A program made the position numbers and the translations under genes. A DNA stretch of 64,000 nt from Isurus oxyrinchus (lineage: Eukaryota). The notes under the pieces are model-generated. The model was not told the origin of the DNA, did no database searches, and saw only the letters and a list, made by a program, of their open reading frames with translations. The stretch is taken from positions 34,410,001-34,474,000 of the forward strand of contig JANJGN010000026.1 of the NCBI GenBank assembly GCA_026770705.1. The letters run 5' to 3'. Every line of letters starts with the position of its first letter. Within the stretch, counting starts at the first letter, position 1. Positions 1 to 11,800 of the stretch are shown here, one piece after another.

Positions 1-1300
1 CGGGGAAGGCCTTTGCTGGGGTCATGCTTTAAAGACTTCATCTGGTTGCAGGCTGCAGCACAGTGTGATGTTTTTGTCGGAAATATTCTCTGGAAATGAT
101 CTGCTCCAAATGCTCGACACTGTCAGAAGAACAGGACTCTGCAAGATTTCGGGAAAAGTTGACTATCCACCAAAGCTCCTCAGTATGATTCACTCCTTCC
201 ATGACAACATGCACTGCACTGCACAGATTGATGATTCCACGAAGTGAAGAATGGAGTAAAGAATGGAATGAAACAGGCCTGTATCTTAGCCTTACTCTTT
301 TTGGCATCTTCTTCCCCATGCTGCTGATCTTTGCTTTCCCTGCAGATATGGAAGGAGTCAGGCTGCAAGCTGTACAATCTATAAGACTGAAAGCGAAGAC
401 ATAAGCACATTGAATCCTGATCAGAGAATACTTCTATGCTGATAACCCTGTCGTCACAAAGAAACCTTACCCTCAAAGAATCATGAACTGACTCTCCCAT
501 TCCTGTAACTTGTTCTCCCTGACTATAAGCATGGAGCAAACCGTGGTCATGGGACAAGGTGTTGTACTTTCACCATTGATCACACTAAATAACACCCGGA
601 TGGAAGTAAATTCCACTCCCTGTGTTCCACGGTGGCAGGCAGCCTGTTCCTTGCTGCAGAACTTGATGCCTGCATGGGAAAAGCAGCTGCCACCTTTGGC
701 TGACTCATGAAACGCCATTGGAATAAAATCAAACTGGCCCTTAGGACCAAGCCTGTGTCCTCAGCACCTTGCTCTATGGCTGTGAAACATGAACAAATTA
801 TTGTTATCAAGAAAACAAGCTCCACAATTTCCATCTTCACTGCCTGCTGCGCATTATGGATATGTACTGGCAGGATAAAGTCACGAACGCAGTGGTACTC
901 TCAAAGGCAGAGCTCCCAAAATGCAGAACTCATCAAACAGAAGCAGTTTTTGTGGTTTGGGAACATCCGCAGGATGGATCATGGTCATATACGCAGAAAC
1001 TTTCTGTAAGATGAGGTACCCGGAGGCAGGCAACCAATGGGACGCCCAAAGCTCCGCTTCAAGGATGCTTGACCTTAAATATCAATTATCACAACTGAAT
1101 GCAGCTAACTGATGACTGAGGAAAATGACCACACCTCCTGTGTGTTGGCATGAATCGCCACGATGACCAGCGGCAACAGCGGCTTGGCAGTTGAAGCCAA
1201 TACTGGAATAAAAAGCAACCCACAACGATATTTTGTACCTTCATATGCAGCACTTTCAGCAGAACCTGCCTCACAACAATTGGCCTCCTCAGACATCAGC
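1..1300 (+). mobile_element. Decayed RTE-clade (BovB-like) LINE, reverse transcriptase to 3' end
   Basis: Broken frames give RTE RT-like motifs: PPKLLSMIHSFHDNM, TLFGIFF.MLLIFAFP, RLKAKT, ELIKQKQFLWFGNIRRMDHGHI; many stops and frameshifts. Confidence 0.75.
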
Positions 1301-1837
1301 ACTTCTGAAATGGATTTGTTTCCATTGTGTGTCTGTGTCCTTTCATAGATAGAAGGTTGTCCAGGATCTTCGTGAAATTCAGTTGCAAACACTATTATGT
1401 GCTTCTCCCTCTCTCTCTCCCTCTCCCTCACACACAGACCAAGATGGCAACTTGTGCTTCAACTTAAGATCTCACTTTGACTTCCTGGGAGGCTCCATAG
1501 CACTTAACTACCGAAGAAAATGACCCTAAATGTCCTTCAGGTGGTATGATGAACCAATAAGATCTCCCCAAAACTATGTTTGTTGAGGTGGACATTAAAG
1601 TTCCTGCCGTCTCTATACAGCTCCCTGGTCAACATCCCTCCCTTTAATCAAGATGAACAAAGATACATCACCAGGAATTAGGCCGCTTTACTCTGGTGCT
1701 GACTTTAACGTGCGCTAATCAACCACGTTCATCTGCAATTAATTGAATTTTGTTAAATTTTGACATCTTCTGCTGAATGCGATGTGGTATTACATCTGGG
1801 GAAGTGGATTCTTGAAACAATAATGTCAAAGATCTAA

Positions 1838-1971
1838 AAACAGAGAGATAAAAACAAAAAAACTCCGGATTGAGTTCTGCTGAAGGGTCATGAGGTCTCG
1901 AAACGTCAACTCTTTTCTTCTCCGCCGATGCTGCCAGACCTGCTGAGTTTTTCCAGGTAATTCTGTTTATA
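1838..1971 (+). mobile_element. Short Penelope-derived insertion carrying a hammerhead-like motif
   Basis: 12-bp direct repeat TCAAAGATCTAA at 1826-1837 and 1972-1983; same sequence family as the end of the GIY-YIG elements at 14470 and 37950. Confidence 0.7.
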
Positions 1972-2359
1972 TCAAAGATCTAACCTGACAGCGACATTTT
2001 CACTGTAGCTGCAATTGCAAAGTTTGGCCAGCAGATGGATATGAAATCTTGATGGATACATTCTATGAAGCAGGCATTGTCACAATTAATACTGTACTGG
2101 ATCCTGTTTCTGTCTTTTTAAATTGACTTCATCTATTTTTATTTTAGACCAAGCACTATTTGTTTATATTTCACTGCACCCTGTTTCAATTAATACTGCA
2201 CCTGTCAATAGCAATATTTATATCACATTGTCTGGAAGATCCCACAGCCAACGAATTGGATTTTAACTCTGCAGTCCTGTCACATCCAGTCGTTAGTGGT
2301 GGTTGGGCAATTGCGGGGCTGCACAAAATTGTGGGTCTGGAGTTATCTGTGTGCGAAGC

Positions 2360-2660
2360 GTGGCGCAGTGTTATTCTCACTGGGCTAGTAAATTGCTTGG
2401 GATCTGTGCTTGAATCCCACCACGGAAGATGATGAAATTTGAATTCAAAAATCTAATGAGGACCATGAAACTATTGTCATTAAAAACCCATCTGGTTCAC
2501 ACTAATGTCACCTGGTCTGGACTGCATGTGACTGCAGCCCCACAGCAATGTGGTTAACTCTTAAATAGCCTAACAAGCCACACTGTTCTCATGGGCAATT
2601 AGGGATGGGCAATAAATACTGGCCTAGCCAGTGCCGCCCACATTCCCATCAGTGAAGAAA
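2360..2660 (+). mobile_element. tRNA-derived SINE (same family as 62795-63175)
   Basis: Shares AAAACCCATCTGGTTCAC...CAGCAATGTGGTT...GGGCAATTAGGGATGGGCAATAAAT with the copy at 62795. Confidence 0.7.
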
Positions 2661-2669
2661 AAAATGTAG

Positions 2670-2910
2670 GCCAGACTGGGTAAGGACGGCAGATTTTCTT
2701 CCATAAAGGACATCGGTGAACTAGATAGATGTTTAATATAATCGAATATACTTTCATGGTCACCATTATTGAGACGATTGCAATTGCAGATTTATTGATT
2801 GAATTTGGATTCCACATGCTGTCAAAATGGGATTCAAACCCCTATTCCTAGAGCAAAGGCCTGGAACTCTGGGGTTACTAATCCAGTGATGTCCCCACTG
2901 CACGATTGTC
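2670..2910 (-). mobile_element. SINE copy in opposite orientation
   Basis: Reverse-complement similarity to the 5' half of the 62795 SINE and to 35170-35380. Confidence 0.55.
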
Positions 2911-3222
2911 CCTCCCATGTTATACAGGGTCCTGATTCGATTATTAATTCCCTGGGAACTACTTTATTTCTATTCTGCTGGATCAGGCCTCTGTTTGTGT
3001 TAAAATAGACCCAATCTCGTTAATGTTCCACTGGAAGCCATCTCAATTTGCATTGCACTTGACCCTGACTCCATTTATATTACATTAGACCCTGTCTCTG
3101 TTTATATTACACTAGGCCCTGTTTCTGTTAGACCATGTCTCTGTTTATATTATATTCGATCTTGATTATGTCTATATTGCCTAGACCTGGTCATTGTAAC
3201 CACGGCAATAGACTATGCCTCT

Positions 3223-3354
3223 CAAGAAGAGTCATATGGACTCGAAACATTAACTCTGTTTCTCTCCCCTCAGATGCTGTCAGACCTGCTGAGTTTTTCC
3301 AGCATTTTTTGTTATTATTTCAGATTTCCAGCATCCATGGTATTTTGCTTTCAT
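3223..3354 (+). mobile_element. Short Penelope-derived insertion
   Basis: 10-bp direct repeat CTATGCCTCT at 3213-3222 and 3355-3364; GAGTCATATGGACTCGAAAC...GATGCTGTCAGACCTGCTGAG core. Confidence 0.7.
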
Positions 3355-3589
3355 CTATGCCTCTGTTTAAATTATGGCTGTATTACCCCATCTGTCTATG
3401 AGGAGAGATAATCTTATAAATAAAGATCTTGTCCTGGACATTGACATCTGGCCTGAAACGGGCGGTATAGCAACGGCCGTACATGCTACGCAGCACTTGA
3501 TATTCACCTTCAGCGCAGTCAGCAGAATTGGATTTCAGATATAGCTTCTCATTTGCCAGCGCCCATGACCAGTTTCTCACCTATAGAGT

Positions 3590-6120
3590 TGTATGTGTAG
3601 GAGGAAGCAGGGTATTGTGTTCCCATGTGCTTGTTGCCCTTGTTATTCTGGGTGGTGGAGGTCACAGGTATGTAATGTGTTGTTGAAGAGGCCTTGGCGA
3701 GTTGCTGCAGTGCATCTTGTGGATGGTACACTCTGCAGCCACTGTGTGTCGGTGGTGAAAGGAGTGAATGTTTAACTCCTGGATGAGGTGCCTATCAAGG
3801 GGTTGATTTCCCCTGGTTGGTGTGGAGATTCTTGAGTGTTGCTGCAGTTGCATTCGTCTAGGAAAATAAACAATTTCCAATAGGCATCTGACTTGCAGAT
3901 TTGCAAATGTTGGAAAGGCTTCTGGGAGTCCGAAGGTGAGTTATTCACCACAGAATCCCCAGCCTCTGACCTACTCTTGTAACCACAGTGTTTATATGGC
4001 TGGTCCAGTTCAGTTTCTGTTGAATGATACCTGCCTGACGTTGATGGTGGGTTTCAGGGACAGTAATGCCTTTTAAATTTTGAGGAGAGATGATTGGTTT
4101 CCTTATTGTTGGAGTTGGTCATTGCCTGGCACTTGTGTGTTGCTTTTATCACTTGCAACTTATCAGCTCCAACATGAATTTTGTCCAGTTCGAGCTGCAA
4201 CAAATAAGGACGGTTTCATTAACTGAGAGGTCATAAATGGAACTGAACACTGTGAAAATATGAGTGAACATCCCAGCACTTGACCCAGTGATGAACTGAA
4301 AGTAATTGATGAAGGGACTGAAGATGGTTGGGCCAAGGACACTTCTCTGAGGGACCCCTGGAACGATGTCCTGGTGCTGAGATGATTTGTCTCCAACAAC
4401 CACAACATCTTCATATGTATTAGATGTGACTGCAGCCACTGGAGACACTTTCCCCTGATTCCCATTGACGTGACTGTTCCCAAGGCTTCTTGAAGCCACA
4501 GTCAGTCAATAGCATCTTTGACATCAAGTGCTAAAGCACTCACACATCATGTCTGGAAGTCTGCTCTCTTGACCATGTTCAGGTCAAGTTTACAATAAGC
4601 TTTGAAGCTGACTGATCCGGGTGTATCCAGTCTGAGCTTTGGTGAGCAGGTCGGCGATTCCTTCAACCACTTTACTGATGATTGAAAGTAGACTGATTGA
4701 GCAGCTCGGGGACTGATTTGATCTGTTGTCCATTGTGTAGCATTATAGCTTCACACTGTGGTTCATCATTTTCAGGTATGCCTGGTTTCACTTTTGAGCT
4801 GCTGTTTTACATTCCTCATTGTCCCCAGGCTGAACGTTAGTCTCATGGATGTTTACAGCACAGAAGGAGGCCATGTGGCCCATCGTTTCCGCACCGATCA
4901 GCAAAGATCTGACTACACTAATCCCATTTTCTAGCGATTGGCTCATAGCCCTGGAGGCTATGGCAGCTCAAGTGATAATTTGAATACTTATTAAATGCTA
5001 TGGGAGTTCCTGAGTCAACCACCCTTTCAGGTAGTGAGCTCCAGATTCCGACCACCCTCTGGATGAAAACAATTCTCCTCAACCCCCCTCATAGCCTTCT
5101 ACCTCTTAGCTTAAATCTCTGCTCCCTGGTTATTGATCCCCCTAAAAATGGAAAAAGTGCCTTCCTATCCATTCTATCTATGCCCCTCATAATCTTTTAC
5201 GCCTCTATCGGGTCCCCTGTCAGCCTTCGTTGCTCCAAGGAAAACAGTCCCAGCCTATTCAATCTTTCATCATGGCTCAGGCCCTCCAGCCCGGCAGCAT
5301 CCTGGTAAATCTCCTTTGAACTCTCTCCAGTGCATTCACATCCTTCTTATAATGTGGTGACCAGAACTGCATGCAGCACTCCAGTTGTGGCCTAACCAAC
5401 GTTTTATACAGTTCCAGCATAACCTTCTTGCTCTTGTATTCTATGCCTTGGTTAAAAAAGACAAGTCTCCAATATGCCTCCTTAACTGCCTCACCTACTT
5501 GCCCTGCTACCTTCAGGGATCTGTGGATGTGCACACCAAGGTGTGAGTGAGGGATATTCTGGTCCATGAGATTACAGGTTGTGATTGAATGCAATTATTC
5601 AGCTGCTGATGGCCACCAGCATTTGACTGGTGCCAAGTTTTGAGCTGCTGGACCTGTTCTGAATGTATCCCATTTAGCATTGCGGTAGTGCCGAACAACA
5701 CAATGGGGAATGTGCTCAGTGTGAATACCGGCCTTGGTTTCTGCAAGAATAGTGCAGGGGTCAATCTCACTTATATCGACAGTTTGAAGGGCCGGAGATT
5801 AGGTAGGGTTTTCTCTCGTGTTGACTCCCTCACCATCTGTGACAGGTCCAGCCTGGCAGATACATCATTCAGGACTCATCCAGCTCTGTCACTAGTGGTC
5901 TTGTCAAATGGTAATTGACTTTGCAAACCCACAACACACTCATTACCCTTGCTACCCTCAGTATTTCTTCCAAGCAGCGCTAAAGATGAAAGAGTAGAGA
6001 TTCATCAGCTAAGGAGGGCAATAGGTGTTAATGACCAGGAGGTATCTCCACCCATATCTTTTCTGGTTCTGTGGGATTTCAGGACACCTGGTGTCAATAT
6101 TGCTAAACTCCACCACCTCT
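3590..6120 (-). mobile_element. Decayed CR1/L2-group LINE ORF2
   Basis: Minus-strand MGIRGKCLQWLQSHL and GVPQRSVLGPTIFSPFIN RT motifs; split by a nested CR1 fragment. Confidence 0.7.
4840..5545 (-). mobile_element. Nested CR1 3' fragment
   Basis: ORF 5277-5594: KVMLELYKTLVRPQLECCMQFWSPHYKKDVNALERVQRRFTRMLPG, a typical CR1 ORF2 C-terminus. Confidence 0.85.
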
Positions 6121-6499
6121 GTTCATATTACACTGGGTCTGTCTCATTGTTACTGCTCTGGTCCATGTTTCTGTAACACTAGACCCTGTCTCAGTTATTT
6201 ATGTAATTGCCCTCTGTTTATATTACATTTGTATATTACCTTGCTTTATTGCACTAGACCCTGGAAATAGGAGTTAAATGTTTTAATTTAAATAGCTGCA
6301 AGATAAGAGAGATCTGTGGCTTATGAACACAAATCTGGGATGCAGGGATGGTAAGTCACGACTTCTTAATAGGCACCCATGATAATTGTTTTCTAAAGAT
6401 TTTTTGAATTATTAATGTTCTCACCATCATGCTGCCTGATCATCACCATTTCCACCCCAACCAATTTCCACATTATTGGGCTTGTGCAGTGCAGTAATA

Positions 6500-7060
6500 A
6501 CTGAGGCAGGATCTAATGGAATTTAAATGCAAACATGATCGAGCGCGGAACTGAGGCAACGCCTATTTCAATACAGAGACATGTCAATTATAATATAAAG
6601 AGACAAGGCCTTGTTTAATAGAAGCAAAAACAGGATCTAGAGTAATATAAACAGACGCAGGGTCCAATGTAATATAAACAGAGGCAGCGTCTAGTGTATT
6701 ATAAACACAGACCAGTTTTAGTTTAATACAAACAGGGACAGCGTCTAGTGCAGTATAAACAGAGATCGCATCAAATGCAATATAAACATAGACAGAGTTC
6801 TGTTGAAGAGACATACGGACTCGAAACGTTTACTGTATTCATCTCCGCAGATGCTGTCAGACCTGCTGAGTTTTTCAAGGTATTTTTATTTTTGTTTTTG
6901 TTTTGGATTTCCAACCCCCTCAGTTTTTTGCTTTGAAAAAACAGAGACATGTCGAGTGTAATATAAACAGAACGTGCCAAGCGTAATATAAACTGAGTCA
7001 GGGCTTAGTGTAATGCAAACAGAGACAGGGTCTAGTGTAATATTACCACGGACGGGGTCA
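6500..7060 (-). repeat. Degenerate 27-bp tandem repeat in reverse orientation, interrupted by a PLE-derived short element at ~6795-6935
   Basis: Repeats of GTGTAATATAAACAGAGACAGGGTCTA, the reverse complement of the monomer underlying the 8810-14445 array. Confidence 0.75.
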
Positions 7061-7064
7061 CGGT

Positions 7065-7590
7065 CGAGAGCAATATTGACACCGGGCCTACTGTCCCATC
7101 AAACACGCCAGGACAGGTGCAGCATGGGACGCGGCACAGAATTTAAAGCTCCCTCTACATTGCCACATTAAATACTCCCAGGGAAGGCCCAGCACTGGTA
7201 AAATGCGGTTAGACACGGTCTAGTGTAATGCAGAGACAGGGCCTGCGGCTCCATTATACACTCCCATGTCAAGTGTAGCATGGGACTACATTAATAATAT
7301 AAAGCTCGCTCCACATTGCCACATGAAAAACTCCCAAGGTAGGTATAGCACGGGTTAGATTCAGAGTGAAACTGTCCCAGTCTACACCGTCCCATCAAAC
7401 ACTCCAAAGGCAGGGACAGCACAGGTTAGAAACAGGGAAAGATCCTTCGGCATTGCGACATCAAATCCTCGCTACGGGTGCAACACAGGTTAGATACAGA
7501 GCAAATTTTCATCTGCAGTTTCCCATCAAGCACTCTCAGGTCAGTGATTGCTCAAAACACATTTAGAGCAAAGTTCCCTCTACGGATTCC
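7065..7590 (+). repeat. ~65-bp tandem repeat
   Basis: About 7-8 degenerate copies of TAGATACAGAG.AAAGCTCCCTCTACACTGTCCCATCAAACACTCCCAGGGCAGG.ACAGCA.GGGT. Confidence 0.75.
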
Positions 7591-8399
7591 AATCCATTTC
7601 ATTTGATCCATTTACTTTGAAGTGTATGAAGCGGGCTGAGAGAATATAATGGCAAGACATTGACTTCATGTGGAGTAAAGACAATGAGCCATGGTGGAGA
7701 GACAAGACACAGAACTGGATAAGAGAAAGAGACGGAGAGAGAGAGGGTACAGGACATCCCTACAAACAGTTTTGCCATGTCATAATATTTCATGATAAGT
7801 GGGAATCTTTCTTAATTCTGAACATAGATATCATCGTGACATAATTCTCATATAACTGATTTAAAAATTGCGCAAAAAACAATTGCTACTGGAATCGGTT
7901 GATATATTTGCATGTCTGACTCTATTTCTGTGCTGTGTTGGTGGGGAAATATTTGTTGTGTTTTTTTCTCTCAGTTATCTAATCTGGGGCTTCTATTTCT
8001 GTGTTTATTTACATAAACGCCTCACTGGTTTCAATGAAGTGTTCATGGCAGCAAAACCAGATAAACACAGACACTTGTTGATTGGTTTCAACTCAAGACA
8101 AGGGTTTATTTTAAGAATATTGACTGTTGAGACAAAATGAATGGAAACTTTTTCAATATCCAAAGCACATGTTATTTATTTCAATAAATAAAAATACATT
8201 TAACTTAAGAAATTAATTCCAGAAGTTCTACTTTCACAATCTTTGAACAGGCTGGGATTCCACCAAATGTCAATTTGATTGAAGATTTAACCCATTTAAG
8301 CTGGACAAGTTAAAATGGCAGCCAGAGGAGTGACCTACAATCATATTAATCTCTGAGTTTTCAACATATCGCAACTAGCATTTTAAAATGTTAATATTT

Positions 8400-8675
8400 A
8401 GAAAGAATTTGCATTTAGAGAACGCTGCTCACGACCCCAAGGACGTCCTAAAGCCCTTAAAACTCGTTGATGTAGTTTTGTTGAAATTTAGACACTACTG
8501 TAATGTTGGAAATGCATCCGGTGATTTGTGCACAGCAAGCTCCCACCAATAGAGCTGTGAAAAATTACCAGATAATATATGATTTTAGTTGAAGAGTGAA
8601 TATTGGTCTCGGATAGTGAGAAGAACAGTCCTGCTCTCAAGAATGGTACCAAGGGAGATTTTGCACCTGCCATCG
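8400..8675 (-). mobile_element. DeuSINE (SacSINE1/AmnSINE-like) fragment
   Basis: Resembles, from memory of the consensus, the reverse complement of the Deu-domain and tail (TTTGTGCACAGCAAGCTCCCAC, AATATTGG...CCTGCTCT). Confidence 0.55.
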
Positions 8676-8809
8676 ACCTGAAAATTTGATCTGTTTCTCT
8701 CCGAACTGATGCCCACAGGCCTGCTGAATATTTTTTTTTTGTTTTGCTTTAGATTTCCAGAATCTGCAGTATTTTGCAGCGCTTTAATTCGTTCTTGGGA
8801 TATGGGTGC

Positions 8810-11800
8810 CACTGATAAAGTAATTCTTGCACTTGGCACTGTCTCACTTTATATTAGTCCAGATCATACATCAGTAATCACTGCACCACACCCTGCCTCA
8901 GCTTATGTTGACCTAAAGCCTGTGTCAGTAATCAATGCACTTGGCCCTGTCTCAGTTTCTATTAATCTAGACCTTGTATCAGTAATCACTGCGCTATGCA
9001 CTGCCTCAGTTTATATAAATCTAAGCCCTATGTCAGTAATCACTGCACTGGACCTTGTCTCAGCTTATAAAAATCTAGATGCTGCATTAGTAATCAGTGC
9101 ACTAGACCCTTTCTCATTAAAAATTAATATAGTCCCTTTGTCAGTAATAACTCACTAGATCCTGTCTCAGTTTATATTAATCTTGGTCCTGGATCAGTAA
9201 TCACAATGCTAGACCCTGTCACAGTTTTTATCAATCTAGACCCTTTATCAGTAATCACAGCACTAGAGCCTGTCCAGGTTATATTAACCTAGACTTGCAT
9301 CAGTAATCACTGCACAATGCACTGCCTCAGTTTATATCAATTTAGACCCTACATCAGTTATCACTGCACTAGACCCTGTCTCAGTTTATATTAATCTAGA
9401 CCTGTAACCATGCACAATGCCCTGCTGCAGTTTCTATTAACCCAGACCCTGTATCAGTAATTGCTGCACTTGGACCTGTATTAGTTTATATTAATGTAGA
9501 TCCTGTGTCAGTATTCACTGCACTAGAGCCTGTCCAGGTTATATTAATTTAGATCTGTATCAGTAATCACTGCACTAGGCCCTGTCTCCATTTTTATCAA
9601 CCTAGACCATGTATCAGTAATCTCTGTAATGGACACTGTCTCAGTTTATATGGATCCAGGCCCTGTCACAGTAATCACTGCACCAGGCCCTGTCTCAGTT
9701 TATCATAATCTGGAGCCTGTATCAGTAATCACTACACTAGACCTTGTCTCAGTTAATATCTTGAGATCCTGTATCAGTAATCACTGCACTTGGTCCTCTT
9801 TCAGTTTCTATTAACCTAGATGCTGTATCAGTAATCACTGCATTATGCTCTACCTCAGTTTATATCAATCTAAATCCTATGTCAGTAATCACTGCACTGG
9901 GCCCAGTCTCAGTTCATATTAACCTAGGCCCTGTATAAGTAATCAGTGCACTAGGCCCTGTCTCAGATAATATTGATCAGTTATAATATGTATCAGTTAT
10001 CTCTGCACTCGAACCTATCTCTGTTTATATTAGTCTAGATCCTGTATCACTAAATACAGCGCTGGAACCTATCTCAGTTTCCATTAATCTAGGCTATGTA
10101 TCAGTAATCACTGCATTTGACAGTGTATCAGCTTGCATTGATCGAGACCCTGTATCTATAATCACTGCAATGGATACTGTCTTAATTTATATTGATCTAG
10201 GTCCTGTGTCAGTAATCACTGCACTAGCCCATGTCCTAATGTATCTTTATCTGGGCCCTGCATCAGTAGCCACTGCACAATGGCCTGCCTCAGTTTATTT
10301 CAACCTAGACCCTGTATCATTAATCACTACAGAAGACCATCTTTCATTTTATATTAATCAAGACCCTGGATAAGCAATCACTGCCCTAGGCCCTGACTCA
10401 GTTTATATTAATCTAGACCTGTATCAGTAATCACAACACTTGCCCCTGTCTCTGTTAATATTGATCTAGACACTGTATCAGTTATTTCTGCAAAATAGCC
10501 TGCCTCAGTTTATTAGTGAAGGCCCTGTATCGGTAATCATTGCCCTAGGTCCTGTCTCTGTTTATCTTAACCTAGAGCCTATATCAGTAATCACTGCACT
10601 TGCCTCTTTCTCCGTTGGTATTAATCTCAACTTTGTATCAGTAATCACTGCACTATGCACTGCCTCAGTTTATATCAATCTAAACCCAATGTCAGTATTC
10701 ACTGCACTTGCCCCTGCCTTAGTTTATATTAGTTCAGGCCATGTATCAGTAATCACTGCCCCAGATCCTGTCCCAGTTTGTATTAATCTAATCCCTGTAT
10801 CAATATTCACTATGCTATGCCCTGCCCCAGTTTATATAAATCTAGACCCTGTATCAGTAATCATTGCACTTTGCCCTGTCTCAGTTTCTATTAATCTAGG
10901 CCCTGTATCAGTAATCATTGCACCATGCCCTGCCTCAGTTTATATAAATCGAGACCCTGTATCGTTAATCACTGCGCTTGGCCCTGTATCAGTTTATATT
11001 AATCAAGATCCTGTGTCAGTAATCACTGCACTAGACCCTTTCTAGGTTATATTAATCTAGACCCTGTATCAGTAATCATTGCACTATGCCCTGCCTCAGT
11101 TTTTATCACCTACAGCCTGTATCAGGAATCATTTTACTGGACACTGTCAGTTTATATTGATCTAGACCCTGTGCCAGTAATCACTGCACTGGCCACAGCC
11201 TCAGTTTATATTCATCCAGGCCCTGTATCAGTAATCACTGAAATAGAGCCTGTCTCAGTTTATATTAATGAACACACTGTCTTAGTAATCACTGCACCAG
11301 GCCCTGTCTTAGTTTCTAGTAATCTAGAGCCTTTATCAGTGATCACTGCTCTATGCTCTGTCTCAGTTTATATCAATCTAGGCCCTATGTTAGTAATCAC
11401 TGCACCAGGCCCTTTCTCAGTTTATGTTAATCTAGAACCTATACCAGTAATCAGTGCACAAGGCCCTGTATCAGTTAATATTGATCTGGGCCTTATATCA
11501 GTTATCTCTTCACTCAAGCCTGTCTCAGTTTATATTAGTCTAGACCCTGTATCAGTAATCACTGCAATAGATACTTTATCAGTTTGCATTGTTTGAGACC
11601 CTGTGTTAAAAATCACTGCAATGGACACTGTCTCTGTTTATATTGACCTAGACCCTGTATCAGTAATCACTGCATTAGGCCCTGCCTCAGTTTATATTAA
11701 CCTAGAGCTTGTATCAGCATTCATTGCACTGGGTCCTGTCTCAGTTCATGTTAATCGAGATGCTTTATCAGTAATCACTGCATGAGACCCTGTCTCTGTT

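Noticed and set aside
7906-7913. Ig octamer ATTTGCAT
   Set aside because: No leader or V exon follows; other occurrences lie within repeats
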